DNA of 63,233 nt, filler included. It is 7 parts of 7 records of this genome, joined end to end, with 100 filler letters (N's around TTAATTAATTAA, not from the genome) between each part and the next. Parts side by side here need not be neighbours in the genome. Positions count along the whole stretch, not along the records: positions 1 to 21,069 come from SRR31147125_1138; 6 more parts are not named here. One strand, 5' to 3'. Positions within the stretch are counted from its first letter, which is position 1, and each line of letters opens with the position of its first letter. Below the pieces are notes generated by a model. The model did no database searches. It had not been told where the DNA came from and saw only the letters and a program-made list of their open reading frames with translations. Positions 9,456 to 21,069 of the stretch are shown here, piece by piece. The position numbers were made by a program, and so were the translations under genes.

Positions 9456-10238
9456 ATGTTTAATATGTTATTAAAGAATATGACTTATTTAAAAGATAAT
9501 GATCAACAAGGTTTTCCCTATAACTTAAGTTTTTTTGAGCACTTAATTGAATTAAGTGATGTAACTTTTATTGTTGGCGATAATGGATCGGGTAAATCAA
9601 CAATGCTTGAATTACTCAGTCATGAATTAAAACTTTTTCAAATAGGAAAACCACTCATATTACCAAAACCCGTTCACATGAATCTCAAATATACACTTAG
9701 GAGACCTCAAGGTTTTTATTTTTCTGCAGAAGATTTTACATCATATATCCATCGACTAAACACAGATAAACAAGAAGCGATAGAACGTATGAAAGCAATT
9801 GATGTTGCTTATCAACATAAATCATTGTTTGCAAAACAGCAAGCGAAAAGCCCTTATGGTAAAACACTTTATGAAATAGAAAAATTATATGATAAAGACC
9901 TATTAACATCCAGTCATGGAGAATCATATTTAGCCTTTTTCAAATCTAGAATCAAACCTAACCAACTCTTCATTTTAGATGAACCTGAAACACCACTATC
10001 TTTTGATAATCAACTCGCACTACTCTATATGATCAAAGAAGCCATCGATGAAGGTGCTCAATTTATCATCGCAACCCATTCACCAATTCTGCTGGCATAT
10101 CCTGATGCGAAAATATATCAAATTGATGATATGCATTTTCGTCAAACCAATTATCAAGATTTAGAAAGCATTCAGTCATTGAAGCACTTCTTAAATGAAC
10201 CCAATCATTTCTTTCGTCATTTGTTTAAAAAGCCATAG
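9456..10238 (+). CDS. ABC-like ATPase (COG3910/AAA_21-type)
   Basis: GDNGSGKST Walker A, SHGESY signature, LDEPE Walker B, ATHSP. Confidence 0.85.
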   Translation: MFNMLLKNMTYLKDNDQQGFPYNLSFFEHLIELSDVTFIVGDNGSGKSTMLELLSHELKLFQIGKPLILPKPVHMNLKYTLRRPQGFYFSAEDFTSYIHRLNTDKQEAIERMKAIDVAYQHKSLFAKQQAKSPYGKTLYEIEKLYDKDLLTSSHGESYLAFFKSRIKPNQLFILDEPETPLSFDNQLALLYMIKEAIDEGAQFIIATHSPILLAYPDAKIYQIDDMHFRQTNYQDLESIQSLKHFLNEPNHFFRHLFKKP

Positions 10239-10255
10239 ACCTCCCATCTAAAACG

Positions 10256-10284
10256 TGATAAAATACAGTTAGTAATCGCTTACA
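10256..10284 (+). promoter_or_regulatory. Extended -10 promoter and cre-like (LacI/CcpA-type) operator of glpK
   Basis: TGaTAAAAT at 10256-10264; AGTAATCGCTTACA at 10271-10284 (reverse TGTAAGCGATTACT) fits TGWAANCGNTNWCW. Confidence 0.6.
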
Positions 10285-10294
10285 TTACAAATAG

Positions 10295-11793
<1,499 letters not shown>

Positions 11794-11794
<1 letters not shown>

Positions 11795-11820
11795 AAAAAG
11801 ACTTCATTGAAGTCTTTTTT
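11794..11820. terminator. Bidirectional terminator
   Basis: AAAAAAGACTTC-ATT-GAAGTCTTTTTT between convergent glpK and GGDEF genes. Confidence 0.85.
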
Positions 11821-12946
11821 ATTGCTCTTTACGTTTGTTTGAATACATTTTACTATCTATATGATTAAAGAATTCTAATACCGTTTTAAATTTTTCTTCG
11901 TTATAAAAATCATAACCATAACTGAAATTCAAATTGTATTTATATGATGTATCTTCATTGAATCTTAAAATATTTTCTTTTATTCTTTGAATCACTTGAT
12001 TTACAATTTCTTCTGTTTGAGATGAGAGTATAATCGCAAACTCATCACCACCAATACGACTGACAAAATCTTGCCGTCTTACTGATGATTGTAAGATTGA
12101 ACTCACTTCGATTAAAGCAATATCTCCTTCTTGATGGCCATACGCATCATTAATCCGTTTGAAATCATCAAGATCAATCAAAATACCATATACTTTCTCA
12201 TTCTTATTTGACCCGATTTTTACTTTATCGAGTTGATATTGAAATTCCCTTTTATTAAAAAGTCCAGTTAAATAATCGGTACTTGTCACTTTAACTTGTA
12301 CAAAAATATAACTAATCACGAGTGAGACTACTATTGCATTCCAAACAAGACTGTATGTATTAAAAACTAATTGCATAATAATCGCGATCGTTGGTAGACA
12401 TATAAATAATATTAATGGTGTCACTTCAACCCCACTTATTGTACGGGCTTTTTGCATGCTTAATAAAATGCTATATACCGCAACTCCATAAGTTGTCAAA
12501 ACATAAATATAATGATGTGACCCAAAAGAAAATTCATTCGCTGTATTAACTTGGTATAAATAACCACCTTGAATGCTAAATAATGCAAGTACTAATATCG
12601 CAACTACTAATCCTATAAACATATAATAGTGTTTTTTAAAACTAAAAATATTTTGATTGATTTCCAACTCAAAATAAAGTACGCATAAATATGCAACTAT
12701 AGCAGTAAATGTAAAATATATGATTGCAGTTGCGTTTAATAAGAAATAGGCAAATTCACCATTGGCACCATTAAATATAACGATGATAGATTCTAGTACT
12801 AATAAAACAACTGTAGACCATAATAACCAAAAAAAACTTTTGTTAACGTATATTTTTCTACTCATTTGTGTTTTTAAACTAAAGTACAAAATCAATGAAA
12901 TTGCAATTGATAAAATATTGTTTTGAACTGGATACATATAGGTCAC
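11819..12946 (-). CDS. Membrane-bound diguanylate cyclase
   Basis: About 7 TM helices then DYLTGLFN, DLDDFKRIND, RxxD I-site (RRQD) and intact GGDEF. Confidence 0.92.
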   Translation of the reverse strand: MTYMYPVQNNILSIAISLILYFSLKTQMSRKIYVNKSFFWLLWSTVVLLVLESIIVIFNGANGEFAYFLLNATAIIYFTFTAIVAYLCVLYFELEINQNIFSFKKHYYMFIGLVVAILVLALFSIQGGYLYQVNTANEFSFGSHHYIYVLTTYGVAVYSILLSMQKARTISGVEVTPLILFICLPTIAIIMQLVFNTYSLVWNAIVVSLVISYIFVQVKVTSTDYLTGLFNKREFQYQLDKVKIGSNKNEKVYGILIDLDDFKRINDAYGHQEGDIALIEVSSILQSSVRRQDFVSRIGGDEFAIILSSQTEEIVNQVIQRIKENILRFNEDTSYKYNLNFSYGYDFYNEEKFKTVLEFFNHIDSKMYSNKRKEQ

Positions 12947-13065
12947 CCCAAAAAACTATAAAATAAAACGTTCACTATCATTATAACACATATAGAAACA
13001 AATTAACTATAACTTTCTTCTTATGATATACTAAATATATATAAATTAAAATGGAGGATACACTT

Positions 13066-13296
13066 ATGGGATTTGTTAAGGCTGTTGATGGTTTACCTTG
13101 GATTATTAAATTAATCCTTGCGCTACCTGGGTTTGATGTTGTCTATGGTATATATCGTTTAGTTAAAGGTATATCAAAAAACGATATGGTACTTACAATT
13201 ATTGGTATTATTTGGATCTTTTCGGGATGGGCAATTTTATGGATTATTGATTTAGTCACAGTCATCTTGAACAAGAAAATCACAGTACTTGCATAA
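13066..13296 (+). CDS. Small hypothetical membrane protein
   Basis: GGAGG RBS before ATG 13066, hydrophobic segments, own terminator. Confidence 0.75.
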   Translation: MGFVKAVDGLPWIIKLILALPGFDVVYGIYRLVKGISKNDMVLTIIGIIWIFSGWAILWIIDLVTVILNKKITVLA

Positions 13297-13310
13297 GCAA
13301 CTAGAGATAT

Positions 13311-13338
13311 AAAAAGGCAATCTTCGGATTGCCTTTTT
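13311..13338. terminator. Bidirectional terminator with UUCG loop
   Basis: AAAAAGGCAATC-TTCG-GATTGCCTTTTT. Confidence 0.88.
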
Positions 13339-13361
13339 GTTTACCTTAATGCAAATGCTTA

Positions 13362-14747
13362 TTAAACGAGTGTTTCGACAACAAAGTAGACCACAAATGC
13401 AACTGCTAATCCATACATCATTGGGTTAACTTCTTTAAATCTCTTTTGAACCATCATTGTTAATACATAAACAATAAATCCAAAGGCAATACCTTTACCA
13501 ATTGAATATGTTAATACCATCATCGCGATAATGATAAATGATGATGTTAACGTTGGAAGATCACTAAAATCAATAGATTTAATTTGTGAGAACATAAGTA
13601 CACCCACTAATACAAGTGCCATTGAAGTCAATGCAAATGAGTTAATAAATATATTGAATATTGGGAATAATACGATAGATACTAAGAAAAGTATACCAAC
13701 AACTACAGAAGATAAACCAGTTTTTGCCCCAGCTTCAATCCCCGCACTTGATTCTACAAATGAAGTAACTGTTGATGTCCCTACCATTGCACCGATTGTT
13801 GTACCTACTGCATCTGATAGCATAGCTCTATCAACATTTTCTAGGTTCCCATCTTCATCTAATAAACCTGCTGGTTCTGAAACAGCGATTAATGTACCTG
13901 CTGTATCAAAAATATCAAGATAGATTAATGAGAATAATACAAACCATAAATCACTATGACTAAATACTGTCTTTAACCCTTCAGCAAAGCCAAAGAACGT
14001 CAATTTAAATTCACTTAATGAGCTATAATCGAATTCACCAAATGTAGGCATACCTGCTACATCTGCTAAACCAAATATATAAGTCACAGCAACTCCTACA
14101 ACAGCTGTAACAGCCATTGATAAAATAAGTGCAAATTTAGACATTTTGTTTCTCATGACAAAAAGACCAAGTGCGACAACAATACCAAATAATGCAAGTA
14201 ATACTGAAGGATCTGAGAAATCACCTAAGCCTACAGCTACAGCTGAGTCAGGTACAATAATACCAGCATTTTGTAATCCGATAAATGCAATAAAGAACCC
14301 AATACCAGCACCGATTGCTTTTTTAAGGCTGTTTGGTACAGCGTTAATAATCCATTTTCTAAGCGGTGTTAATGAAATCACTAAGAAAATAAGACCTGAA
14401 ATAAATACTGCTGCTAATGCTTCTTGCCAAGTATAACCATTTCCCCAAGGTGCAATAATTGTATAAGCAACTAATGCGTTAATACCCATACCTGGAGCTA
14501 ATGCGATTGGATAGTTTGCGAAAATACCCATCATTAAAGTTGCGACTGCAGCTGCAATTGCTGTTGCTACAAAGACTCCACCAGCAGGAAATGCAGATGC
14601 TCCTAATGCTAATGAATCCCCTAAAATACCAGGATTGACAGCTAGTATATATGCCATCGCTAAAAATGTTACAACCCCACCAATTAATTCCTGACGAACT
14701 GTCGTTCCTCTTTCTTCAAGCTTGAAGAATTTTTTTACACTTTCCAC
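13362..14747 (-). CDS. NCS2/AzgA-family guanine/hypoxanthine permease (PbuG-like)
   Basis: TFLAMAYILAVNP, APGMG, DIFDTAGT, ESSAGI motifs; purine riboswitch upstream. Confidence 0.92.
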   Translation of the reverse strand: MESVKKFFKLEERGTTVRQELIGGVVTFLAMAYILAVNPGILGDSLALGASAFPAGGVFVATAIAAAVATLMMGIFANYPIALAPGMGINALVAYTIIAPWGNGYTWQEALAAVFISGLIFLVISLTPLRKWIINAVPNSLKKAIGAGIGFFIAFIGLQNAGIIVPDSAVAVGLGDFSDPSVLLALFGIVVALGLFVMRNKMSKFALILSMAVTAVVGVAVTYIFGLADVAGMPTFGEFDYSSLSEFKLTFFGFAEGLKTVFSHSDLWFVLFSLIYLDIFDTAGTLIAVSEPAGLLDEDGNLENVDRAMLSDAVGTTIGAMVGTSTVTSFVESSAGIEAGAKTGLSSVVVGILFLVSIVLFPIFNIFINSFALTSMALVLVGVLMFSQIKSIDFSDLPTLTSSFIIIAMMVLTYSIGKGIAFGFIVYVLTMMVQKRFKEVNPMMYGLAVAFVVYFVVETLV

Positions 14748-14801
14748 TATTCTTTCTCCTTTTTGTTTTTTGTATTCAAAGATATGTATCCCCTAAAAAA
14801 C

Positions 14802-14829
14802 AAAAAAAACCACTAAAATTTTGTGGTTT
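14802..14829 (-). terminator. Riboswitch expression-platform terminator
   Basis: AAACCAC/GUGGUUU stem and U-run between aptamer and start codon. Confidence 0.7.
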
Positions 14830-14862
14830 CTACACTATGAAAACAACTAAAAAAGAGTTTCC

Positions 14863-14933
14863 ATATCGTAGTCGTACAATTTACGGTTGTACGGTAGAAA
14901 CTCGACCACCACATTTGGTCTATTATACGATAT
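14863..14933 (-). ncRNA. Purine (guanine-sensing) riboswitch aptamer
   Basis: AUAUCGUA-UAAUA-GACCA-AAUGUGG-UGGUC-GAGUUUCUAC-CGUACAA-CCGUAAA-UUGUACG-AC-UACGAUAU; C at the specificity position implies guanine. Confidence 0.93.
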
Positions 14934-14995
14934 TTTGAATACGTAACAATTATATCAAAGGGTAAATTACTTGTAAAGGTCTTTTTAGTTTTATT

Positions 14996-15985
14996 TTATT
15001 TTTTACGTTTTAACGTCAACATAAATAAACTTGTTGTCATGATTATACCCACAATCATAACTACTAAATACGTCAGTGGATCCGAGGTGGTCCAAAACAT
15101 GAATATACCACCATGCACAACATTTGATGTAATCTGGAAATATGCAATAAGTGCGCCAGTTATAAAACTACCTATCATCGAAGTAATACTTATACGCTTA
15201 CCATATTGATAATAAAAAGGTATTGCGGATTCAGAGATAAAAAACGATCCACCTAGCATGACTTGATAGCCTTTAACATGTTTTAATTCACGCATGTCTT
15301 CACTAAATATCATATGATATAATCCAATGGCAAGAGGTGGTATCATACCACCAGCCATGACTGCTGGAATGAACACAGATTCATTGCCGAGTCCAATGGT
15401 TGATATAGCAATCATATATGCAATCTTATTGATAGGCCCACCTAAATCATATGCCATACAGGCTGCAAGAAATCCTGTAAGCAGTATCACGGATATGATT
15501 GGCATATCATGGATAACTGATTCATTAAATAATGTCACACTAGGCATAAATAATGTCATGACTTCAGCCATTAAATATATGACTATCACAGAAAAAAGTG
15601 GTATCCATACAATGGTGAGTGTTTGTCTTAAATACGAAGGACTCACTTTAATAAGCATTTTGAAATATTTAATCATATATCCAGCGAGAAGCCCTAATAA
15701 AACAGCGGATATAAATCCCATGTTAAATCGTACAGTGAATATACCCGCGACAAAACCTGGTAAAATCGCAAGACGATCACTAACTGCATAGGCGATAAAA
15801 CCTGATAAAACAATATATGATAATTGAAAAACAAAAAAACTAGAAAATGATAATAAATCATAGATTTCTAGATGTGATTCAAAAAACTGACTCAATTGTG
15901 ATAAAAGTGCACCTATAATCACAAATGGAAGATAATAGGAAAACCCTTTTAAGATATGTGCATATATTTTTTTCAATGTTATCAT
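14996..15985 (-). CDS. PTS fructose-family EIIC
   Basis: DLGGPINKIAY, GGMIPPLA, ISESAIPF, HGGIF. Confidence 0.88.
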   Translation of the reverse strand: MITLKKIYAHILKGFSYYLPFVIIGALLSQLSQFFESHLEIYDLLSFSSFFVFQLSYIVLSGFIAYAVSDRLAILPGFVAGIFTVRFNMGFISAVLLGLLAGYMIKYFKMLIKVSPSYLRQTLTIVWIPLFSVIVIYLMAEVMTLFMPSVTLFNESVIHDMPIISVILLTGFLAACMAYDLGGPINKIAYMIAISTIGLGNESVFIPAVMAGGMIPPLAIGLYHMIFSEDMRELKHVKGYQVMLGGSFFISESAIPFYYQYGKRISITSMIGSFITGALIAYFQITSNVVHGGIFMFWTTSDPLTYLVVMIVGIIMTTSLFMLTLKRKK

Positions 15986-15987
15986 CC

Positions 15988-16296
15988 CTATAAAAGTGCT
16001 TCTTCTATAACTTTTTTAGCATTTCTAATCGCTTCTGACGTTGAAGTTTTATACACTTTTTTATGTTCAAATCTCTCTATATTAACAGAAACATCAGCAG
16101 CAATTATAACTGCATCTGCTTTCTCAATATCTGATTGTATTAATGTATTTTCAACACCTATTGCGCCATGTGTTTCAACTTTAATTAATACATTTAATTT
16201 TTTTGCAGTCATCTCTAACATTTCAGCAGCCATATATGTATGGGCAATGCCTGTTGGACATGCTGTAATTGCAACTATTTTTTTCATATTATTCAA
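15988..16296 (-). CDS. PTS fructose-family EIIB
   Basis: ACPTGIAHTYMAA phosphorylation motif, KVETHG. Confidence 0.92.
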   Translation of the reverse strand: MNNMKKIVAITACPTGIAHTYMAAEMLEMTAKKLNVLIKVETHGAIGVENTLIQSDIEKADAVIIAADVSVNIERFEHKKVYKTSTSEAIRNAKKVIEEALL

Positions 16297-16741
16297 CCCT
16301 TTGTAAAATACTTAATACCTCTGTAGAAGATCCTGCTTTCATGAGTTCTTCTCTAAAACTTTCATGTAATAAAGATCTTGAAAGCATAGCAAGTACTTTC
16401 AAGTGAAGATTCGCACCATCATATGGAATGCATATGAGAAAAAATAGATGTGCTGGTTCACCATCAAGACTATCGAAATCTACGCCTTTTGAAGATCTTC
16501 CAAAAACAACACTTGGCGTTTGAATATGTTTAGATTTTGCATGTGGTAAAGCTATTTTTAAACCAATCCCTGTTGTTGTTAATTGTTCTCTTTCCCAAAC
16601 ATCATGATAGAGTGCTTCAATGTCACTGATGCGCATGTCATGATTCATTGTGTTGAGTAATTCTTTGATAATGGATGCTTTATCTGTTGATTTTAATGTT
16701 AAATTAATATCTTTAATATTCATAAAATCAGATAGTCTCAT
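16289..16741 (-). CDS. PTS fructose-family EIIA
   Basis: RE..TTGIG..IALPHA, DFDSLDG, HLKVLA. Confidence 0.92.
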   Translation of the reverse strand: MRLSDFMNIKDINLTLKSTDKASIIKELLNTMNHDMRISDIEALYHDVWEREQLTTTGIGLKIALPHAKSKHIQTPSVVFGRSSKGVDFDSLDGEPAHLFFLICIPYDGANLHLKVLAMLSRSLLHESFREELMKAGSSTEVLSILQRVE

Positions 16742-17648
16742 CTTTAATCTCCTTCATATCAATACGATCAATGATTTTTAGCACATCATTGATGTGAAAT
16801 TGTTGATGCATAATATATGCATAAGATGTAGCATGTCCGAATTGATATGCTTTGACTACATCTTTGTCTTGACTGTATGAAAATGCAAACCCAGCTACAA
16901 AGGCATCACCTGCACCAACTGTATCGTTGGTGTTAATTGGTTCTAATTCAATTTTAAACACTTGATCTTTAGTGACACACATAGAACCTGATTTACCCAA
17001 TGATACAATAACATGTTGTGCACCTAATGTAATCAGTTTCTTGCAATATGCTACATATGATTTAGGATCTTCTTTTAAATTGAAATAATCCTTTAATTCT
17101 TCTTTATTCGGTTTTACTAATAAAGGCTTGTGTTTTAACACTTGGTCATAGAGTGACGCTGGAACATCAATGATAACATCAATGTCTTTATCTTTAATCG
17201 CAGTTAACAATGCATCATATAAATAAGGTTCATTATTGATACAACTTCCACTAAAAATCATCAAATCTTTATCTTTGACCCGTTTAACCTTTTTCATTAA
17301 TTGGTGGATTTGCTCTGCAGTGATATGTTCACTTTGTGTATTAATCTCTGTTTCCATGCGTGCATGCATTTTAACATTAAACCGAATCAGTGCATCTGTT
17401 TTTACAATATCTGGTTTAATATATGGATGTGTTTTAAACACATGTTTATAAAACACTTTTAATTCTGGATTCAAAATTGTAATTGCTCTTGATTTACATG
17501 CCAATTGATTTAATGACTTTGAAACATTAATACCCTTGCCCCCCAAATCAAAACTATACTCGGTCGCTCTATTGAGCCTTCCTTTTTCTATTTGATCTTG
17601 ATATAAATGATAATCAATGGCAGGATTTAGTGTGCATGTAGTAATCAT
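16728..17648 (-). CDS. fruK: 1-phosphofructokinase (PfkB family)
   Basis: TLNPAID, GGKGINVS, KPNKEEL, DTVGAGD; precedes fructose PTS genes; start placed at ATG after GAGGG. Confidence 0.85.
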   Translation of the reverse strand: MITTCTLNPAIDYHLYQDQIEKGRLNRATEYSFDLGGKGINVSKSLNQLACKSRAITILNPELKVFYKHVFKTHPYIKPDIVKTDALIRFNVKMHARMETEINTQSEHITAEQIHQLMKKVKRVKDKDLMIFSGSCINNEPYLYDALLTAIKDKDIDVIIDVPASLYDQVLKHKPLLVKPNKEELKDYFNLKEDPKSYVAYCKKLITLGAQHVIVSLGKSGSMCVTKDQVFKIELEPINTNDTVGAGDAFVAGFAFSYSQDKDVVKAYQFGHATSYAYIMHQQFHINDVLKIIDRIDMKEIKDETI

Positions 17649-17793
17649 TATGTTCAACCCTCTAATCTAGTATCTTTCTTATTTAAATTATACCAAATAT
17701 TCATGATATATGAACATTTGAAATGTATATAACTCAATTTAACGAACTTTTTGTTTTATAATAGAGTAGAATATATATTTAAAGGAGTAAGAA

Positions 17794-18435
17794 ATGGAAA
17801 AATTTAAGAAATATTATGCAGAAGTATTTGGTACTTTTGTCTTTGTTTTTGTCGGTACAGGTGTTGCTATTACAACAGGAAATATCTTATATGTTGCACT
17901 TGCATTCCCACTTGTTGTTTTAATGATGGTATTCGCAATCGGCGACATATCGGGTGCCCAATTAAACCCAGCTGTATCTCTTGGTCTAGCACTTGATAAA
18001 CGTATCACATTTAAAGAGTTTGGATTATATGTTTTATCCCAATTAGTTGGTGCACTACTTGCTAGTGGTTTGCTTGCATTATTACTTGGATCAAGTGCAA
18101 ATCTTGCAACTAATCAAGTATCTGCAAATATCGATAACAGCTTGTTATTAGGTGTTCTTATAGAGGCAATCATTACTGGTATCTTTGTATTTGTGATATT
18201 AAAAGTTACTTCCAAAGAAGAAACAAACAAATTTGCTGGATTTGTTATACCATTAACATTGGTTGCTATGATTTTAGTTGGTTTTAACTTATCAAGTGGT
18301 AGTTTAAACCCAGCAAGATCACTCGGTCCAGCCTTATTAGAGGGTGGTGTAGGACTTGAGCAAGTATGGGTATTTATTGTAGGCCCATTTATTGGTAGTG
18401 GCTTAGGTGTGCTATTATACAAGTTATTTAAATAA
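17794..18435 (+). CDS. MIP-family aquaporin
   Basis: Two NPA motifs (SGAQLNPAVS, SLNPARS). Confidence 0.92.
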   Translation: MEKFKKYYAEVFGTFVFVFVGTGVAITTGNILYVALAFPLVVLMMVFAIGDISGAQLNPAVSLGLALDKRITFKEFGLYVLSQLVGALLASGLLALLLGSSANLATNQVSANIDNSLLLGVLIEAIITGIFVFVILKVTSKEETNKFAGFVIPLTLVAMILVGFNLSSGSLNPARSLGPALLEGGVGLEQVWVFIVGPFIGSGLGVLLYKLFK

Positions 18436-18441
18436 CATAAC

Positions 18442-18473
18442 AAAAAGCATTTCATGATGAAATGCTTTTTTTT
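18442..18473. terminator. Bidirectional terminator
   Basis: AAAAAGCATTTCA-TGA-TGAAATGCTTTTT between convergent genes. Confidence 0.85.
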
Positions 18474-19437
18474 ATGCAATCGTTTTTTTCGTGAAATTCC
18501 CAAAAACATGTTTCACGGGACTTGTAACAACAAATGCATGCTGATCTAGTTTATGGACTATCTCTCTTAACTTATTGAGTTCGTAAGAAGATATGATGAC
18601 ATAAACCATTGTTTTTTGATGGTTAGAATATGCACCTTCAACTTTGAGTAACGTCACACCACGATACAGTTTATCAAGTATTTCAGAAACCAGAGTTTTG
18701 GGTTCTACTGTGATAATATTTACCGATAAGTAATGGTATGCTGTATGCATGCGATCAGTAATCACCGTAGTGACAATAATACGGATAACGGTATAAGAAG
18801 CAATAACACCTCCGGTGATTGCAATACCATTTGCATCAAGAATTCTACCCCCTATAATCATTCCACCTGCAATGGCTATAGTCACATTCATCGCCATAGA
18901 TATTGTGCCTACTGATTTACCTCTTTTAAACGAGACAAATTGTGCAACAATATCAAGACCACCTGTTGATGTCCCATAGCGAAGGGCCCCACCTGTACCA
19001 ACACCAATTAAGAGTCCACCTAAAATAGCGGCAGCTAATGCATGTTCGGCACGATCTAGTCCCATATTAATTTGTGGAATAAATCCTAGCATAAATGATT
19101 GGATTAAAACTGAAATGATAGAATATATCGTAAATCGATGAGAGACACCAAACCAACCGAGTAACAAAATTGGAATATTAAAGACAATAATAAGAATACC
19201 AAGATAATAGTCTGGCATACTTTGATTAAAAACATTGACAAAAATATCTCTAATCAATTGCACTAACCCCGGTATACCACCTGTATATAGCGGGACCACA
19301 GATGCTTCTAAAAACCATGAAACTCCAATCCCATAAATAATTGTAAAAATAATAACTGCGACAATGCGTTTGATCTCTGGTTTTATTTTTTGCTGGAATC
19401 TATCAGATTTAATCCATGCAAGGTATCTATTCATCAC
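18472..19437 (-). CDS. YitT-family membrane protein
   Basis: YTGGIPG, FNIPI, STGGLDI, RGVT..GAYS, D.HAFV. Confidence 0.88.
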   Translation of the reverse strand: MMNRYLAWIKSDRFQQKIKPEIKRIVAVIIFTIIYGIGVSWFLEASVVPLYTGGIPGLVQLIRDIFVNVFNQSMPDYYLGILIIVFNIPILLLGWFGVSHRFTIYSIISVLIQSFMLGFIPQINMGLDRAEHALAAAILGGLLIGVGTGGALRYGTSTGGLDIVAQFVSFKRGKSVGTISMAMNVTIAIAGGMIIGGRILDANGIAITGGVIASYTVIRIIVTTVITDRMHTAYHYLSVNIITVEPKTLVSEILDKLYRGVTLLKVEGAYSNHQKTMVYVIISSYELNKLREIVHKLDQHAFVVTSPVKHVFGNFTKKTIA

Positions 19438-20992
19438 GTTCTTTTAAAATCTCCTCGATTTTTTTGTTTAAATCATATCTTTTAAATAATACTTCACCTG
19501 TTTCAAGTTCAACTTGATCCACTAAACCAAATGTTTCTAATGTATTAAAATCATCTTGTTCAACTTTGATTAAAGCTAATATTTTTTTAGATGTTTCAGG
19601 TATAAATGGTTTTAATAATATACCTACAAATCTAATCGTTTCTAGTAATTGATACAATACATAATCAAGTTCTTCTTGTTTTGACTCATCTTTAAACAAT
19701 GCCCAAGGTGCAGCAACATCAATATATTTGTTTGCTGCTCTAGCAAGGATCAGTACTTCTTCTAATGCATCAGCAACTCTTAACTCATCCATAAACTGGT
19801 CCATTTTAGGAAGCGCAGCTAGTGCTTTGTCTTTTAGACTTGTCTCAAATGGTTCTTCCATTTCTGTTTTCTTAATAACACCTTGACGATATTTTTTAGC
19901 CATACCTATGGTACGATTAACAAGATTTCCTATTGTATTTGCTAAATCACTATTATTTCTTTCTATAAGCAACTCATATGTAATATTTCCATCTTGTGCA
20001 AATGGAATCTCATGTAATACATAATATCTAACCGCATCAACACCAAAATATCTCACTAAGTCATCTGTGTACATGGTATTTCCTACAGATTTGCTCATCT
20101 TGCCTTTATTAACCAATATCCATGGATGACCAAATACTTTTTTAGGGAGTTCAACACCAAGTGCCATTAATAAAATAGGCCAATATATGGTATGAAATCT
20201 TAAAATGTCTTTCCCAATTAAATGCACATCAGCTGGCCAGTATTTTTTAAACTGTTCAGTCACATCTTCATCAGGATTAAACCCAAGACTCGTAATATAA
20301 TTGCTAAGTGCATCAATCCAAACATAAATCACATGCTTATCATTAAAATCTACTGGAATACCCCATTTAAATGAAGTTCTAGAAACTGATAAGTCAGGTA
20401 ATGGTTCACTTAAAAAGTTTTGCACCATTTCATTTTTTCTTGATACAGGTTCAATAAAATCTGGATTATCTTCAATATGTTTTAGTAATCTTTTTTGATA
20501 TTTTTCTAATCTTAAAAAATATGTCTCTTCACTTGTCCATACAAGTTCATCACCGCTAGGACCTCTACCATCGACAATATCTTTTTCAAATATAAATGAT
20601 TCATCAGCAACTGAATACCATCCCTCATATTTCCCAAGATATATATCACCTTGATCATATAATTTTTTAAATATTGCTTGAACAGCTTTTTCATGTTGTT
20701 CATCTGTTGTTCTTATAAAGTAGTCATAACTAATACCTACTTTATCATAAATACGTTTGATCTCTGATGATATATGATCTGCATATGCTTTTGCAGAGAT
20801 CCCATGATCACTAGCCTTACTCTCAATTTTTTGACCATGTTCATCAGTACCTGTTTGAAAAAATACATCATCACCTATTTCTCTACGGTAACGACAAATT
20901 GCATCTGCAAGTATAGCTTCATACACATTGCCAATGTGTGGAACTGCTGAACTGTAAGCAATCGCAGTTGTTAAAAAGAATTTTTTGCTCAT
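19427..20992 (-). CDS. metG: Methionyl-tRNA synthetase (short form)
   Basis: HIGN, GTDEHGQK, YVWIDAL, GKDILRFH, KMSKS. Confidence 0.96.
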   Translation of the reverse strand: MSKKFFLTTAIAYSSAVPHIGNVYEAILADAICRYRREIGDDVFFQTGTDEHGQKIESKASDHGISAKAYADHISSEIKRIYDKVGISYDYFIRTTDEQHEKAVQAIFKKLYDQGDIYLGKYEGWYSVADESFIFEKDIVDGRGPSGDELVWTSEETYFLRLEKYQKRLLKHIEDNPDFIEPVSRKNEMVQNFLSEPLPDLSVSRTSFKWGIPVDFNDKHVIYVWIDALSNYITSLGFNPDEDVTEQFKKYWPADVHLIGKDILRFHTIYWPILLMALGVELPKKVFGHPWILVNKGKMSKSVGNTMYTDDLVRYFGVDAVRYYVLHEIPFAQDGNITYELLIERNNSDLANTIGNLVNRTIGMAKKYRQGVIKKTEMEEPFETSLKDKALAALPKMDQFMDELRVADALEEVLILARAANKYIDVAAPWALFKDESKQEELDYVLYQLLETIRFVGILLKPFIPETSKKILALIKVEQDDFNTLETFGLVDQVELETGEVLFKRYDLNKKIEEILKERDE

Positions 20993-21013
20993 TTGTTTAA
21001 ACCTCCTTATATA

Positions 21014-21069
21014 AATAAAAAAACGCCACTTAAAAAACTTCTAAGGACGAATCATCGCGGTACCACCTT
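21014..21069 (-). ncRNA. T-box leader, antiterminator/terminator part (5' part lost at contig end)
   Basis: AAGGUGGUACCGCG T-box motif, downstream CGUCCUU, terminator and U-run upstream of metG. Confidence 0.88.
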
